64,000 nucleotides of DNA, from the NCBI GenBank assembly GCA_965207735.1, contig OZ242296.1, forward strand, positions 4,832,001-4,896,000, written 5' to 3'. A program made the position numbers and the translations under genes. Below are positions 52,201-61,080 of this stretch, one piece after another; the stretch's first letter is position 1; each line of letters opens with the position of its first letter. This stretch comes from Candidatus Versatilivorator sp. (GTDB lineage: Bacteria > Acidobacteriota > Terriglobia > Versatilivoradales > Versatilivoraceae). Below the pieces are notes generated by a model. It was not told the origin of the DNA. It saw nothing but the letters and a program-made list of their open reading frames with translations, and ran no database searches.

Positions 52201-53172
52201 ATGCTGGAGCCGGGAGGGTTCCAACAATTTTCAGGAGTCTTGAGCGAGCACAACTATCCCCATGGCTATGTCGAGGTGGCAAGGGCGCGGGGGACCGCCC
52301 CCTTCTATGCCTATGGGGTCATCAACGACCAGGCAAACTCGGACGGCTCGTTCGTCTTTCCGGTCAGGGAAAGCTCTTTGGAGGGGGCTGCACGGCAGAC
52401 TCTTCCGGTGATCGTGGAGATACGGGATTTCACCAGCGAGCTGATGGTGACAAACTTCTCGGAGGAGGAGAAGACCCTCGCTTTCAGCTTTGTGGCCGAC
52501 GGGATCCGAACCCCTGATCGCACGGCCCGCTTCAGCCTGACGATTGGAGCCGGCCGGCAGCGGATAATTCCCGACTTTATCCACACTGAAATGCGGCGGA
52601 AGGGTGTCGAGGGTGTGGGTTCAACTCGAGGCGGACTGGCCGGGGCTCTGTTTGCCACGGTGGAAAGCGGCGATATGGGCGGGATCGTGATCGGGGCCCG
52701 CACCAGCACCTCCGACGACCGTGGCGGCCAGTACGGCCTCTTCTACAACGCGGTGCCCGACGGAGCGGCATTCAACCAGAGTGCCTGGATCGACGGCCTG
52801 CAGCAGGATGCAGAGAACCGGAGCAATCTGGCCCTGGTCAATACCGGGGAGGTCGACGACAGCGACAGCGTCTTCGACCTCGACATCTACGATGGGGACA
52901 CGGGCTTGCTGGTCAGGACGATCACGACCCAACCACTTCCCACTCTGCGCTGGCGCCAGATCAACGCCATTTTGGCCGACCATGCCCCAGGAACCCAACA
53001 GGGCTATGTCCGGGTCCACCAGGTTTCCGGCAACAACCCCTTCCTGGCCTACGGGGTGGTCAACGACGGCGGGGCCCCAGGCGAGCGCAGCGGAGACGGG
53101 GCCTATGTGCCAGCCCACGGCAGGAGGCTGCCTGTACATGTAATCGGGCTTTCAGAGGGCAGGGACAAATGA
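49204..53172 (+). CDS. Secreted S8 subtilase with CARDB-like domains and uncharacterised C-terminal module
   Basis: Triad ILDTG, FHGTAMAG, GTSLAVP; AASGN oxyanion motif; ESDEDDN and ETNN CARDB ends. Confidence 0.9.
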   Translation: MFDSMPIMRGKAHLRIATWAVAVLLALVCSGSYRSQNGSPNLRPHKPRGWSDVIVVSNRQGDNLNSRRLAPSDIIFVDFAVINSGSTPVTRPFRIDLFVDGQLWKSFDAPSPLNPQVFRFREDYPIGRLGVGTHALRIVADAGNQVAESDEDDNEYTRTIIVAGDCFPLTTRVSPRGAGTLALSREPNCGEATVSVSSLSLLEEGQDKGLDIAGEPLVTAQRARAFDVLRAKVRSEDRVRVIVGVRTAVRSAVSAVRSLRDATSRSPLIARAQQSLLNRMNNLEVSSVRRFKFIPYVAMEVDEAALGSLAEDPEVVSIEEDLSVKPLLADSTPLIGAPHAWDQGYAGSGQTIAILDTGVDKDHPFLRDKVVSEACYSGSGGGTSLCPEGVNESVLPGSGAPCPPSLSDCFHGTAMAGVAAGRGTEFSGVARGARIIAIQVFSQCGEDCIDSSNSDWLAGLERVLELSADFNIAAVNMSFGGGFFSEDCDSDFPAVKAAMDNLRAVGVAPIAASGNSGFGTDINSPACVSSVVSVGSTDGIGDETPREEVSDFSNSSLSLDLLAPGRGITTSIPGDDFASFNGTSLAVPHVAGAWALLKSKAPNATVPQLLSMLSRTGIPITDPRNGLVKPRIQVDAALDVVIPELSYSTGTRLTLTPEPEPGFRFRLWRGCDSSSGNRCVVEMDSIQNISAIFEPLGPAPDLLTTSLTASSTAAAGGDVSITAHVHNQGSVDAGPFRLGVYLSADPEITHEDIWFAACTYDSGLVAGGSETCSRDFPIPFRVSPGRYFLGVIVDDLDRVAEKRETNNAQVADSGPIDVLAPRISTRLFVPVILNAPGRRGSFFTSELTLTNRGTQEARLDYTYTAHAGGGSGTASDRLAPGEQKIQPDALGYLKNLGVPIPSSGNRIGTLAVEGVTTSGVGILVRTTTEVPEGRAGLAYAGVAKDDGFEDAVYLCGLRQNEKDRSNVAVQHMGTAEDGPITLRTWVHSGLNESAFLKEVMLEPGGFQQFSGVLSEHNYPHGYVEVARARGTAPFYAYGVINDQANSDGSFVFPVRESSLEGAARQTLPVIVEIRDFTSELMVTNFSEEEKTLAFSFVADGIRTPDRTARFSLTIGAGRQRIIPDFIHTEMRRKGVEGVGSTRGGLAGALFATVESGDMGGIVIGARTSTSDDRGGQYGLFYNAVPDGAAFNQSAWIDGLQQDAENRSNLALVNTGEVDDSDSVFDLDIYDGDTGLLVRTITTQPLPTLRWRQINAILADHAPGTQQGYVRVHQVSGNNPFLAYGVVNDGGAPGERSGDGAYVPAHGRRLPVHVIGLSEGRDK

Positions 53173-53534
53173 TCCGGAACGCCCTCCCGATACGAAGAGC
53201 TGGCGTGCCTACGCCGCTCTGCAAGTAACCCTTGCAGGCGACGTTTCCGCAGGTGCCCCGCATCCATTGCGGCTTGCCCGCTCTCACCAATAGCGCGACA
53301 CTTCAGGTGGAGGGACCTCCTCTCTTGTGAGGGGCGCGCAAGCAAACCGGTGGCCGGGTGTGTTGTACTCATTGAGGCCTGTGGCCTGAGATTGCGGTGG
53401 GTAGGCGAGGTCAGCGACGTCCCCGGGTCCATTCCTGAAGGCAGTTTCCGACCGCACCAGTCCGGTGGGGCTCGGCGGAGCACTGTGCTATCATTCGACC
53501 TCTTGCTGCAACCCTCCATTTGACGGGAATCCCA

Positions 53535-54803
53535 ATGCCAGAGACCGCGGAGCCGGGGAGCCGGAACGTTTCAGGCGAAAACTCAAGCCGGCTGCGGGCC
53601 GCGCTGAGACTCAAGGATCAGGAAGTCTCCATCCTGCACCAGATCAGCCGTGCGATCAGTGGAATCCTGAATCTGGAAGACGTCCTGCACGAAATCATCG
53701 AACTGGTTTCCGATGTGACCAAGGGCGATTCCTGTCTCTTGTACCTTCTGGACCCGCCCCGGGAAGAACTGGTGCTGCGAGCTTCCAAGAACCCCCACCC
53801 CAGGATCATCGGCCGCATCAAGGTCAAGATTGGGGAGGGAATTACCGGATGGGTGGCCCAGGAACGCCAGCCGGTCGCCATTCAAAAGGACGCCAGCAAC
53901 GATCCGCGGTTCAAGCTGTTCCACAACCTTCCGGAAGACCGGTATCAGGCTTTTCTGTCGGTTCCGGTCATTACCAAGAACGAAGTGATCGGGGTCATCA
54001 ACGTACAGCATCGCCGGCCCCATCGCCACTCCGCCAGCGAGAAGAACCTGTTGATGACCATCGCCAACCAGGTCGGCGCCGCCATCGAAAACGCCCGCCT
54101 TTACGAAGAGGCCCAGCGGAAGGCCCTTCAGTTGGAGACCCTGTCGAACATCAGCAAGACCATCACCTCCCACCACTTTCTGGACGAAATGCTTCAGCTC
54201 ATCGTGGGAATGATGGCCGAGACCATGAACTCCCCCATCTGCTCCATCATGTTGTTGGACGACGAAGGCGAGGAGCTGGAAATCAAGGCCACTCACAGTC
54301 TCAGTCAGGCCTACGCCTCCAAGCCCAACATTTCGGTCCACCGCAGCCTGTTGGGGCGGGTGGTGAAGGGCCGAAAGCCCCTGGTCATCCGCGACGTCAC
54401 CCAGGAGCGGGGCTATGCTTATCGGGAATTGGCTCGCCGGGAAGGGCTCCGCTCCCTGGTCTCCGTGCCGCTGATGATCAAGGATTTCGTGATTGGCGTG
54501 TTCAATCTGTACAGTTCCCAGGAACGGAGTTTTTCCCGCGAGGAAATGCAGCTATTGACCTCGGTGGCCAACCAGGCGGCAGTGGCCATACAGAACGCCA
54601 AGCTCATGAGCGAAACCATCGCCATGAAGGAGGCCCTGGAGACCCGGAAGATCATTGAGCGAGCCAAGGGGATTCTTCTGCAGGAAGAACAGCTGGCCGA
54701 GGCTGAAGCCTACCGCCGCATTCAGCAAAAGAGCATGAAGCTGCGCAAGTCGATGCGGGAGATCTCGGAAGCCATCATCCTGGCCGCCGAAGTCAAGGGT
54801 TGA
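53535..54803 (+). CDS. GAF-GAF-ANTAR RNA-binding regulator
   Basis: Two GAF domains (GEGITGWVA, SVP..IGV); LETRKIIERAKGIL..EAYRRIQQKSM ANTAR. Confidence 0.9.
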   Translation: MPETAEPGSRNVSGENSSRLRAALRLKDQEVSILHQISRAISGILNLEDVLHEIIELVSDVTKGDSCLLYLLDPPREELVLRASKNPHPRIIGRIKVKIGEGITGWVAQERQPVAIQKDASNDPRFKLFHNLPEDRYQAFLSVPVITKNEVIGVINVQHRRPHRHSASEKNLLMTIANQVGAAIENARLYEEAQRKALQLETLSNISKTITSHHFLDEMLQLIVGMMAETMNSPICSIMLLDDEGEELEIKATHSLSQAYASKPNISVHRSLLGRVVKGRKPLVIRDVTQERGYAYRELARREGLRSLVSVPLMIKDFVIGVFNLYSSQERSFSREEMQLLTSVANQAAVAIQNAKLMSETIAMKEALETRKIIERAKGILLQEEQLAEAEAYRRIQQKSMKLRKSMREISEAIILAAEVKG

Positions 54804-55030
54804 GGGCAGAACAGGTTGAGGCCGATTTGAGTTTTTGGAATCGGTCGGATGGTCTCGGACGTGAATCCCCCGCGAAGCCTGCACTCCAACTCCGCAATTG
54901 CCGAGAGATTCAGAACGGCCGATTGAGGTTCTTCCAATTATTCAGCAACGTCCCCTGGTTTCTCTGCCTCTTGGGGAAACCTCGTTTTTGGGGCCAAGTC
55001 AAATAATTCGCGGTCACGACGCCGAAAAGT

Positions 55031-55363
55031 TCAGCCATCGCTACAGGCGGTGGCAATGGCAAGAGCCCGGCACACGTCGTTCATTTTCTCCGGCCCAACC
55101 GTACCGACAAATTTCTTCAAGCGAGTCTTTTCGACCGTCTGGACGTGGTCCAGGTTCACGGCCGAATCCATCTTCAACCCTTCTTCCACTCCCACGACAA
55201 CCTCACTTGGCGCTCCCCGAATCACGGACGTTACCGGCGCCACCATCACGGTGTGCAATAGTTCGATAACGTCTGGACGCGTTATCACCAGGACCGGCCG
55301 GCGCTTATCTGGACGCGAAAAGGAAAATAACCATATTTCACCACGTCTTATCCGTCCATCCAT
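55031..55363 (-). CDS. PemK/MazF-family toxin
   Basis: RRGEIW, KRRPVLVI, VAPVTS, DHVQTV. Confidence 0.9.
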   Translation of the reverse strand: MDGRIRRGEIWLFSFSRPDKRRPVLVITRPDVIELLHTVMVAPVTSVIRGAPSEVVVGVEEGLKMDSAVNLDHVQTVEKTRLKKFVGTVGPEKMNDVCRALAIATACSDG

Positions 55364-55581
55364 GCAGCTTCATCCTCCCACCCCTTGAATTCATTCCCGA
55401 GGTCTGCATTGGAGCCATATGCCTTTTGGTACTGACGGGCAATCTCGACTCGACTTTGACGGGCCAGATACTCCGCTGCGGCACGGCGAAGAACTGCGGA
55501 TCGTCCAATCTGCTGTACTTCTTGAGCCTTGTCGAGTCTGGACAATAACTCTTCATCCATCGTAATCTGTATGGTCTTCAT
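55348..55581 (-). CDS. Ribbon-helix-helix antitoxin
   Basis: MKTIQITMDEELLSRLD...RSAVLRRA; overlaps toxin start. Confidence 0.88.
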   Translation of the reverse strand: MKTIQITMDEELLSRLDKAQEVQQIGRSAVLRRAAAEYLARQSRVEIARQYQKAYGSNADLGNEFKGWEDEAAWMDG

Positions 55582-55680
55582 AGCTATATTATATGTGGCA
55601 CCATGCTGTGTAGCAATGGAGTTCTTTCGCCGGAACCTCCGGCGGCTCGAGAGTGTCGCCGGCCACTGTCGGGTGGAAAC

Positions 55681-55847
55681 AGGGGACATTGTTGAATTAC
55701 CGGAAAACCTTGACTCACACCGGTTGTTGGAATCGGTCGGATGGTCTCGGACATGAATCCCCTGTCAGGCAGGCACTCCGACTCCGCCATCGCCAAGGGG
55801 TAGGAATGGCCAATTGAAGTTATTCCAAATATTCAACAACGGCCCCT
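55681..55847. mobile_element. 167-bp MITE; 5'-truncated copy at 54835-54956; left-end fragments at 17314 and 41440
   Basis: TIR AGGGGACATTGTTGAAT/ATTCAACAACGGCCCCT; shared core GGAATCGGTCGGATGGTCTCGGAC. Confidence 0.75.
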
Positions 55848-56074
55848 CGTTTCTGTCCCGAAAGGCGTTGAGCGGGAAAACTCACGGGGGATACAATGCA
55901 GGCAATCGGTTCGTCGTTGGCTGTCCGATGCCGAACGGGATCAAGCACCTTGTTTTTGGTGACCGGCAGAACAACAGAACACCTCATGGATTGTCCGATA
56001 CTGAAGGCCGTTGAGAAAAACCCCCGGCGGTCATCGCTCATCATTCCATTTAGACACCCGTCGGGACGGTCAGA

Positions 56075-57514
56075 ATGATAACTCATAGGAACTTTCCCAT
56101 CGGCAGCAGCGAGCGGCCCCTCCGGGTGGCCATCGTGGGCTCGGGTCCTTCCGGGTTTTACACTGCCGACACCCTATTCAAGCAGAAGGATCTCCACCTG
56201 AACGTGGACATGTTCGAGCGCATGGCCATGCCCTACGGGCTGGTGCGCTACGGCGTGGCTCCGGATCACCAGAAAACCAAGCAAGTCATTCGCACCTACG
56301 AAGTCACCGCGAGGGATCCCCGATTCCGATTCTTCGGCAACGTCCAGGTGGGCCGTGACCTGAAGGTGAACGAACTGCAGGAGCATTATGATCAGATTGT
56401 CTATGCCGTCGGATGTGGGTCGGATCGGCGCCTGGATATTCCGGGAGAGGATCTGCCGGGTAGCCACACGGCGACTGCGTTTGTGGCGTGGTACAACGGG
56501 CATCCGGATCATCGATACGACCGGTTCGATCTGTCCGCACGGCGGGTGGCGGTGGTGGGTGTGGGCAACGTGGCCATGGACGTCACGCGAATCCTGGTGC
56601 GGAATGCGGAAGATCTGGCCTCGACGGATGTCGCCGGGCACGCTTTGCAAGCCCTTCGCAGCAGCTCGGTTGAAGAGGTCCTGGTGCTGGGCCGCCGGGG
56701 ACCGGTCCAGGCCAAGTTCACTCCCAAGGAAATCCGGGAAATCGGCAGCCTTCCCAATGTGGATCTGGCGGTCAGACCCCAGGACCTGGAATTGGACCCG
56801 TCGACTCGCTCCCAAATGGAGAAGGACCGGTTTGCCCGCCGTAATTTCGAGTACCTGAAAGAGCGGGCTCACCAGGAGTTCCGCCCCGGATGCCGCCGCG
56901 TCCGCTTGCGCTTTTTCAGTTCGCCGGTGGAAATCGTGGCGAAACAGGGGCAGGTCGGATCCGTCCGGCTGGAACGGAATCGCCTGGTCTGGGATGAACA
57001 AGGACATTCCCGTTGCCTGGGCACCGGAGAGTTCGAGAGCCTCGAGGTTAGCCTGGTCTTTCGGTCGGTGGGATATCGGGGAGTCCCGATTGCGGGCATT
57101 CCCTTCGATGAACTCAAGGGCCTGATTCCCAACGCGGCCGGGCGGGTTCTACGCTCCCCCGGCGACGAAACCGGCGCCGGCGAGTACGTGGTGGGCTGGA
57201 TCAAGCGAGGCCCTTCCGGTCTTATTGGCGCCAACAGGCCGGACTCGGCGGAGACGGTCCGTGGGATGATGGAGGATCTCGAGGGCCGGGAGGCCAGGCG
57301 CTTTCCAGAGGGGAACCGTCAGGTCCTGGAACGTCGGCTCCTGGAGCGAGGAATCCGGCCCATTCGCTTTCGGGACTGGCAACTCATCGACACGGAGGAG
57401 CAGGAGCGAGGCCGAAGGCGGGGCAAGGTGAGGGAAAAGATCTCAGATCCGGCAGAAGTGGTCTCGTTGTTGAAAAAGAGTCAGCGCGCTGAAGGGGAAA
57501 ATCCGGCGCCATAG
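56075..57514 (+). CDS. Ferredoxin-NADP+ reductase, adrenodoxin-reductase/FprA type
   Basis: VGSGPSGFY, GLVRYGVAPDH, GVGNVAMD, GWIKRGPSG. Confidence 0.9.
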   Translation: MITHRNFPIGSSERPLRVAIVGSGPSGFYTADTLFKQKDLHLNVDMFERMAMPYGLVRYGVAPDHQKTKQVIRTYEVTARDPRFRFFGNVQVGRDLKVNELQEHYDQIVYAVGCGSDRRLDIPGEDLPGSHTATAFVAWYNGHPDHRYDRFDLSARRVAVVGVGNVAMDVTRILVRNAEDLASTDVAGHALQALRSSSVEEVLVLGRRGPVQAKFTPKEIREIGSLPNVDLAVRPQDLELDPSTRSQMEKDRFARRNFEYLKERAHQEFRPGCRRVRLRFFSSPVEIVAKQGQVGSVRLERNRLVWDEQGHSRCLGTGEFESLEVSLVFRSVGYRGVPIAGIPFDELKGLIPNAAGRVLRSPGDETGAGEYVVGWIKRGPSGLIGANRPDSAETVRGMMEDLEGREARRFPEGNRQVLERRLLERGIRPIRFRDWQLIDTEEQERGRRRGKVREKISDPAEVVSLLKKSQRAEGENPAP

Positions 57515-57610
57515 TCGAGCCCCCGGTGGGAAATGCAGGCTGGCGAAAGCTCACGACCGCCACTACCTCCAATAGCCTTCCGTCAGGTGAAAACCATCAC
57601 AGAACACCCC

Positions 57611-58396
57611 ATGACGAAGTGGCGGTTCCCTGCCACTTTTTTGATAGTCGCGGCAGCAGGGGTATTCTCCGGAATCGCGGCCCAAGCGGGCGACTTTTAC
57701 TTGCGAGCCGGGGTCGGCCTCGAGGGGTCGAAGGAAACCCGGTTCAAGGACCAATCCTGCTCGAGCACCTCTCCGGCGGCCTTATACGGTTGTGGAACAG
57801 GAAACGACGGTGCGCCCACGAGTACGCTGGGCGATTTCGGCAGAATGGCCGGCTTCGAAGTCGGGATTGGCCGCGCCGTGGCGCCTGCCTTGCGGATGGA
57901 AGCTGTCCTGCAACACCGCCCGAGCTTTTCCTTCAAAGGCCGAGCCAATTTTGTCCAGACTTCGGCAAGGCAGTCGGTCTCTGCAGATTTGTCCTCCCTG
58001 TCCGGCATGATTGCCGCCTATGTGGATCTCCCACGGTTGGGCCTGAGAAAGTTCGGCCCGTTCAGTCCGTTTGTCGGGGGTGGAGCCGGCGTTTCTCGTA
58101 TCCAAATCGGCGAAACCCGCATGGAGTTTCCAAGAACGGCAACTATTGTTCCGGGTGGGCGGAGGATTGGTTTGGCCCGGATGCTGACGGCGGGCGTCGG
58201 GATAGCACTGACCGAGGCAGTGTTGGTCGATCTCGCCTATCGTTACACGAATTCCGGAGCCGCCGAGACGGGCAGAGCCACGGGACGGATTGTTTGGCAT
58301 GATGGAAGCCGCCAACCTCTGGAACTCAGTCTCGCCGAGACCCGGGCAAAGCTGTCGGGACAAGGGTTCCGGGTTTCCCTGCGCTACCTGTTCTGA
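57611..58396 (+). CDS. Outer-membrane beta-barrel protein (opacity/porin-like)
   Basis: Signal peptide, PFVGGGAG, DLAYRY, C-terminal LRYLF. Confidence 0.8.
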   Translation: MTKWRFPATFLIVAAAGVFSGIAAQAGDFYLRAGVGLEGSKETRFKDQSCSSTSPAALYGCGTGNDGAPTSTLGDFGRMAGFEVGIGRAVAPALRMEAVLQHRPSFSFKGRANFVQTSARQSVSADLSSLSGMIAAYVDLPRLGLRKFGPFSPFVGGGAGVSRIQIGETRMEFPRTATIVPGGRRIGLARMLTAGVGIALTEAVLVDLAYRYTNSGAAETGRATGRIVWHDGSRQPLELSLAETRAKLSGQGFRVSLRYLF

Positions 58397-58449
58397 ACGG
58401 TATTTCTCATTTGGGGGCTGCACTCTTGAGTAGAAGTGCAGGCTGGCGG

Positions 58450-59318
58450 GTAGAGTCGAGGACTGGCGCGTTGACTATAGGGTCCGGTGGCTATTCCGTC
58501 GCTTTCGCTTCGGGCCTCAGTCCGGCTCCCTTATCACGTTTCCAGTCCCCGCTCTCCGAACCGGACGTGCGGTTTTCCCGCATCTCGGCTCTCCAGTGGG
58601 ATCATGCGTCTCGCACACAGGTCCCCGCTCGCATCCGTGGACGACTCCTATGGGATTGGCACCCGTCCCCCACTCCATCCACTTCCGCTCCCGGGTTGCC
58701 GCCAGGCCTGTTGATGCCCTGACGACGCCGTCCTCCTCCGACGACCCTTTCACTTTTGCATGTGATGCTTCCGGAGTCTCCGGCCCTTTTTTGGTCGGGG
58801 TTTCAGGCTTTCGCCACTCCCGGGACCCTTCCCCCTTCGGTCACCGCTCCTCACCTGAGGCCCCTTCCCTCCACCGGTATTACCCGGCTTCTCCGGTACT
58901 ACAGGCCTCTCCGCCACCCTGTCGGCCTAGACTGACTCTCGCGAGCTTCCGGTTCGGTGCGTGCCTCACCACCCACAGGGCTTCCCATGTTGCTGCCTTC
59001 TTCCCCTTCCATGCGTGCCAGCGCCACTACCCCGGCGGGTCCAAAGGGGTGCCCGCGTCGCTCGCTTCCCCCTCCGTCTTCGGCCTTCCCCATTTCTCAG
59101 GTGGGTCGGCCCCCGCATTGCCCGTTTCGAGGCCTGCTCGACGTTCACTCGCGTTCCGGCCCGCATGCTCGCTGAACCGCCTTAAGCGGCCCTTTGACAC
59201 CAGAGGGCTTCAGACCATATCGTTACCTCCATGATCCGCCCTGGCTGCTACCAACCGGAGCGACAGTTGTTGGACGGGTTTCGCACCCGTTGGAAGAAGG
59301 CGCCTTTCCATGGCGCAC
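58450..59318 (-). ncRNA. ORF-less group II intron ribozyme
   Basis: 5' GTGCG at 59318; domain V GAGCCGAGATGCGGGAAAACCGCACGTCCGGTTC; domain VI ending CCAGTCCTCGACTCTAC with bulged A; no RT ORF within 869 nt. Confidence 0.9.
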
Positions 59319-59331
59319 TGAGAAATACGGG

Positions 59332-59655
59332 CTATGGGGCAAACATTTCGGCCAGGACGTTCAGGACTGTTTGTGCAGCCTTGTCGTTGATCTTGCCCAG
59401 CCGTCCAAGCAGGCGTGTCTTGTCGACCGTGCGTATCTGATCCAGAACGATTTGCCCGCTTTTTTGCTGAAAGTGGACGGGAACGCGGGTGGGATAACGA
59501 GCACCTTTTGTTGTGAGAGGGGCAAGGATGACCGTGCCAATGTGTTGGTTCATTTCATTGGGAGAGATCACCACACATGGGCGGGTTTTCCGAATTTCGT
59601 GCCCCTTGGTAGGATCGAGTCTTACCAGGTAGACCTCGAAGCGGGCAACTACCAT
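59332..59655 (-). CDS. PemK/MazF-family toxin
   Basis: LDPTKGHEIRKTRPCVVIS, DQIRTVDKTRL. Confidence 0.92.
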   Translation of the reverse strand: MVVARFEVYLVRLDPTKGHEIRKTRPCVVISPNEMNQHIGTVILAPLTTKGARYPTRVPVHFQQKSGQIVLDQIRTVDKTRLLGRLGKINDKAAQTVLNVLAEMFAP

Positions 59656-59903
59656 TCCCACTCCGTGGTGTCCCATTGGGTAGCTGATGGAAACTCTTCA
59701 TCAAGAAGCGCGTCGTCCCTGTGTTCACGCATTTGCCGGAAGGCGTCATCCCATCCGCCCCGGGTCTGAGTAGCCGGACGAATGACCAGGTGGTCGTGGC
59801 GGGGTTCCAGTTCGACTTCGTCGTTGAAACGGTACTGTTCCAGGAGCACTTTCGGTATGCGTATACCACGCGAGTTGCCAATCCTTATCAGAGCAGCTTT
59901 CAC
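59649..59903 (-). CDS. AbrB/MazE-family antitoxin
   Basis: GTG start, IRIGNSRGIRIPK, acidic WDxxEWEW tail. Confidence 0.9.
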   Translation of the reverse strand: MKAALIRIGNSRGIRIPKVLLEQYRFNDEVELEPRHDHLVIRPATQTRGGWDDAFRQMREHRDDALLDEEFPSATQWDTTEWEW

Positions 59904-59925
59904 CGGAAGCCTCCCCTTCGCTAAA

Positions 59926-59946
59926 GTAATTACAATGTACATACAT
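59926..59946. promoter_or_regulatory. Putative TA autoregulatory operator
   Basis: Short palindromes GTAATTAC and ATGTACAT immediately upstream of the antitoxin. Confidence 0.45.
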
Positions 59947-59998
59947 GAAAAGAAAGAGCCTGTCAAATCATGATGAGGCCTAATGATAAAGCCTCTGG

Positions 59999-61015
59999 CT
60001 AACCCTCCCCTCCCATCATGGCATTCTCTCGGGCCAACCCTGAGCGGTAGTCCCCCGAATAGACCATGACAAAGCCCTTGGGGCAGACGAGCTCCTCCTC
60101 CGGTTCCAGGATCCGATCGACATCGTAGTGGAACGAGACCTCGACCCGCCGGTCGCGGGCGGTCCCCACGGGTATGGTGAGTGCCCCCGACTCGGGAGGC
60201 CGGCTGGCCACGGTCATTCCCATGTCTCGGTTCCAGAAGGCCACCCGGGCGAATCCGGGAGTGGCGGTGGTCACGGTCCGGGAGAAGTCGATGTCGAGCA
60301 GGGGCCCGCCGGCCTCTCCATGGACAGGCTGATCCAGTTGAAAGCACTGGAAGGCGTGGCGAGGGGCCCGGGGATCGGTCAGGGAAGCATCCATGCGGTA
60401 GAACTGGTTGGTGATCCGGGTGATGCGGAGGGGGCGTTCCAGGTCCAGGTTGCGATAGACGGCCCAGATGATGGCCGTGTCCGGATAGGCCTCGTAATAC
60501 TCGACGACCATGGTCTTCTCGATCAGGACGCCGTCTTCGGTTTCGCCGTGGCCGGTGATCTTGAGGCGCTTCCCGGGGCCGAAGCGGCCTCTCACCTCGG
60601 AAAGGCCGATGTTCCGGTAGTCGACGTAGAAATCCAGGATCTCTTTTCCCTCAACCGAAATGAAGTGGCTGGGTCTGGCCAGGGTGGGATCGGGCGGGTT
60701 GTGGCTGAGAGCCAGGAGACGGCCGTCCTGCCGGAAGAAGAACCCGCAATAGAGCTCCCGATCGAAGCGGATCTGAATGGAGGAGTTGCGGAACCACACT
60801 TCCCCCTCGGCCACGGCAGTATAGTGGATTCCCCGGGAAAGCTCCGTCTGCCGCTGTCCGCCGCCGCACCCCAGGCAGAGGATCCAGAGGAGGAATCCGC
60901 TCAGCACCGCTCGGACGTGGGGTCGGGTTCCGATTCCGGTTCCCCGGCGCCATCCTGGAGCCGCCGGCTTGGAGGACTCCCAACGGTTTCGACGTCCGGG
61001 ATGGCAAGGCATCAT
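59999..61015 (-). CDS. Hypothetical lipoprotein, beta-sandwich resembling a glycoside hydrolase N-terminal domain (start uncertain, possibly GTG 60907)
   Basis: LLWILCLGC lipobox-like; long beta-rich ORF; no catalytic barrel visible. Confidence 0.6.
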   Translation of the reverse strand: MMPCHPGRRNRWESSKPAAPGWRRGTGIGTRPHVRAVLSGFLLWILCLGCGGGQRQTELSRGIHYTAVAEGEVWFRNSSIQIRFDRELYCGFFFRQDGRLLALSHNPPDPTLARPSHFISVEGKEILDFYVDYRNIGLSEVRGRFGPGKRLKITGHGETEDGVLIEKTMVVEYYEAYPDTAIIWAVYRNLDLERPLRITRITNQFYRMDASLTDPRAPRHAFQCFQLDQPVHGEAGGPLLDIDFSRTVTTATPGFARVAFWNRDMGMTVASRPPESGALTIPVGTARDRRVEVSFHYDVDRILEPEEELVCPKGFVMVYSGDYRSGLARENAMMGGEG

Positions 61016-61080
61016 GACTCTTCTTTGTCTGATTTCTGCCGTATACTCAGGTGCCTGTCGAGAAATGCGGGCGATACGCT

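Noticed and set aside
58487-59234. Short ORFs inside the intron as an intron-encoded protein
   Set aside because: No RT motifs (no YADD); they are translations of structured RNA
58393-59950. Classical integron cassette array
   Set aside because: No intI, and the hairpin lacks RYYYAAC/GTTRRRY core sites
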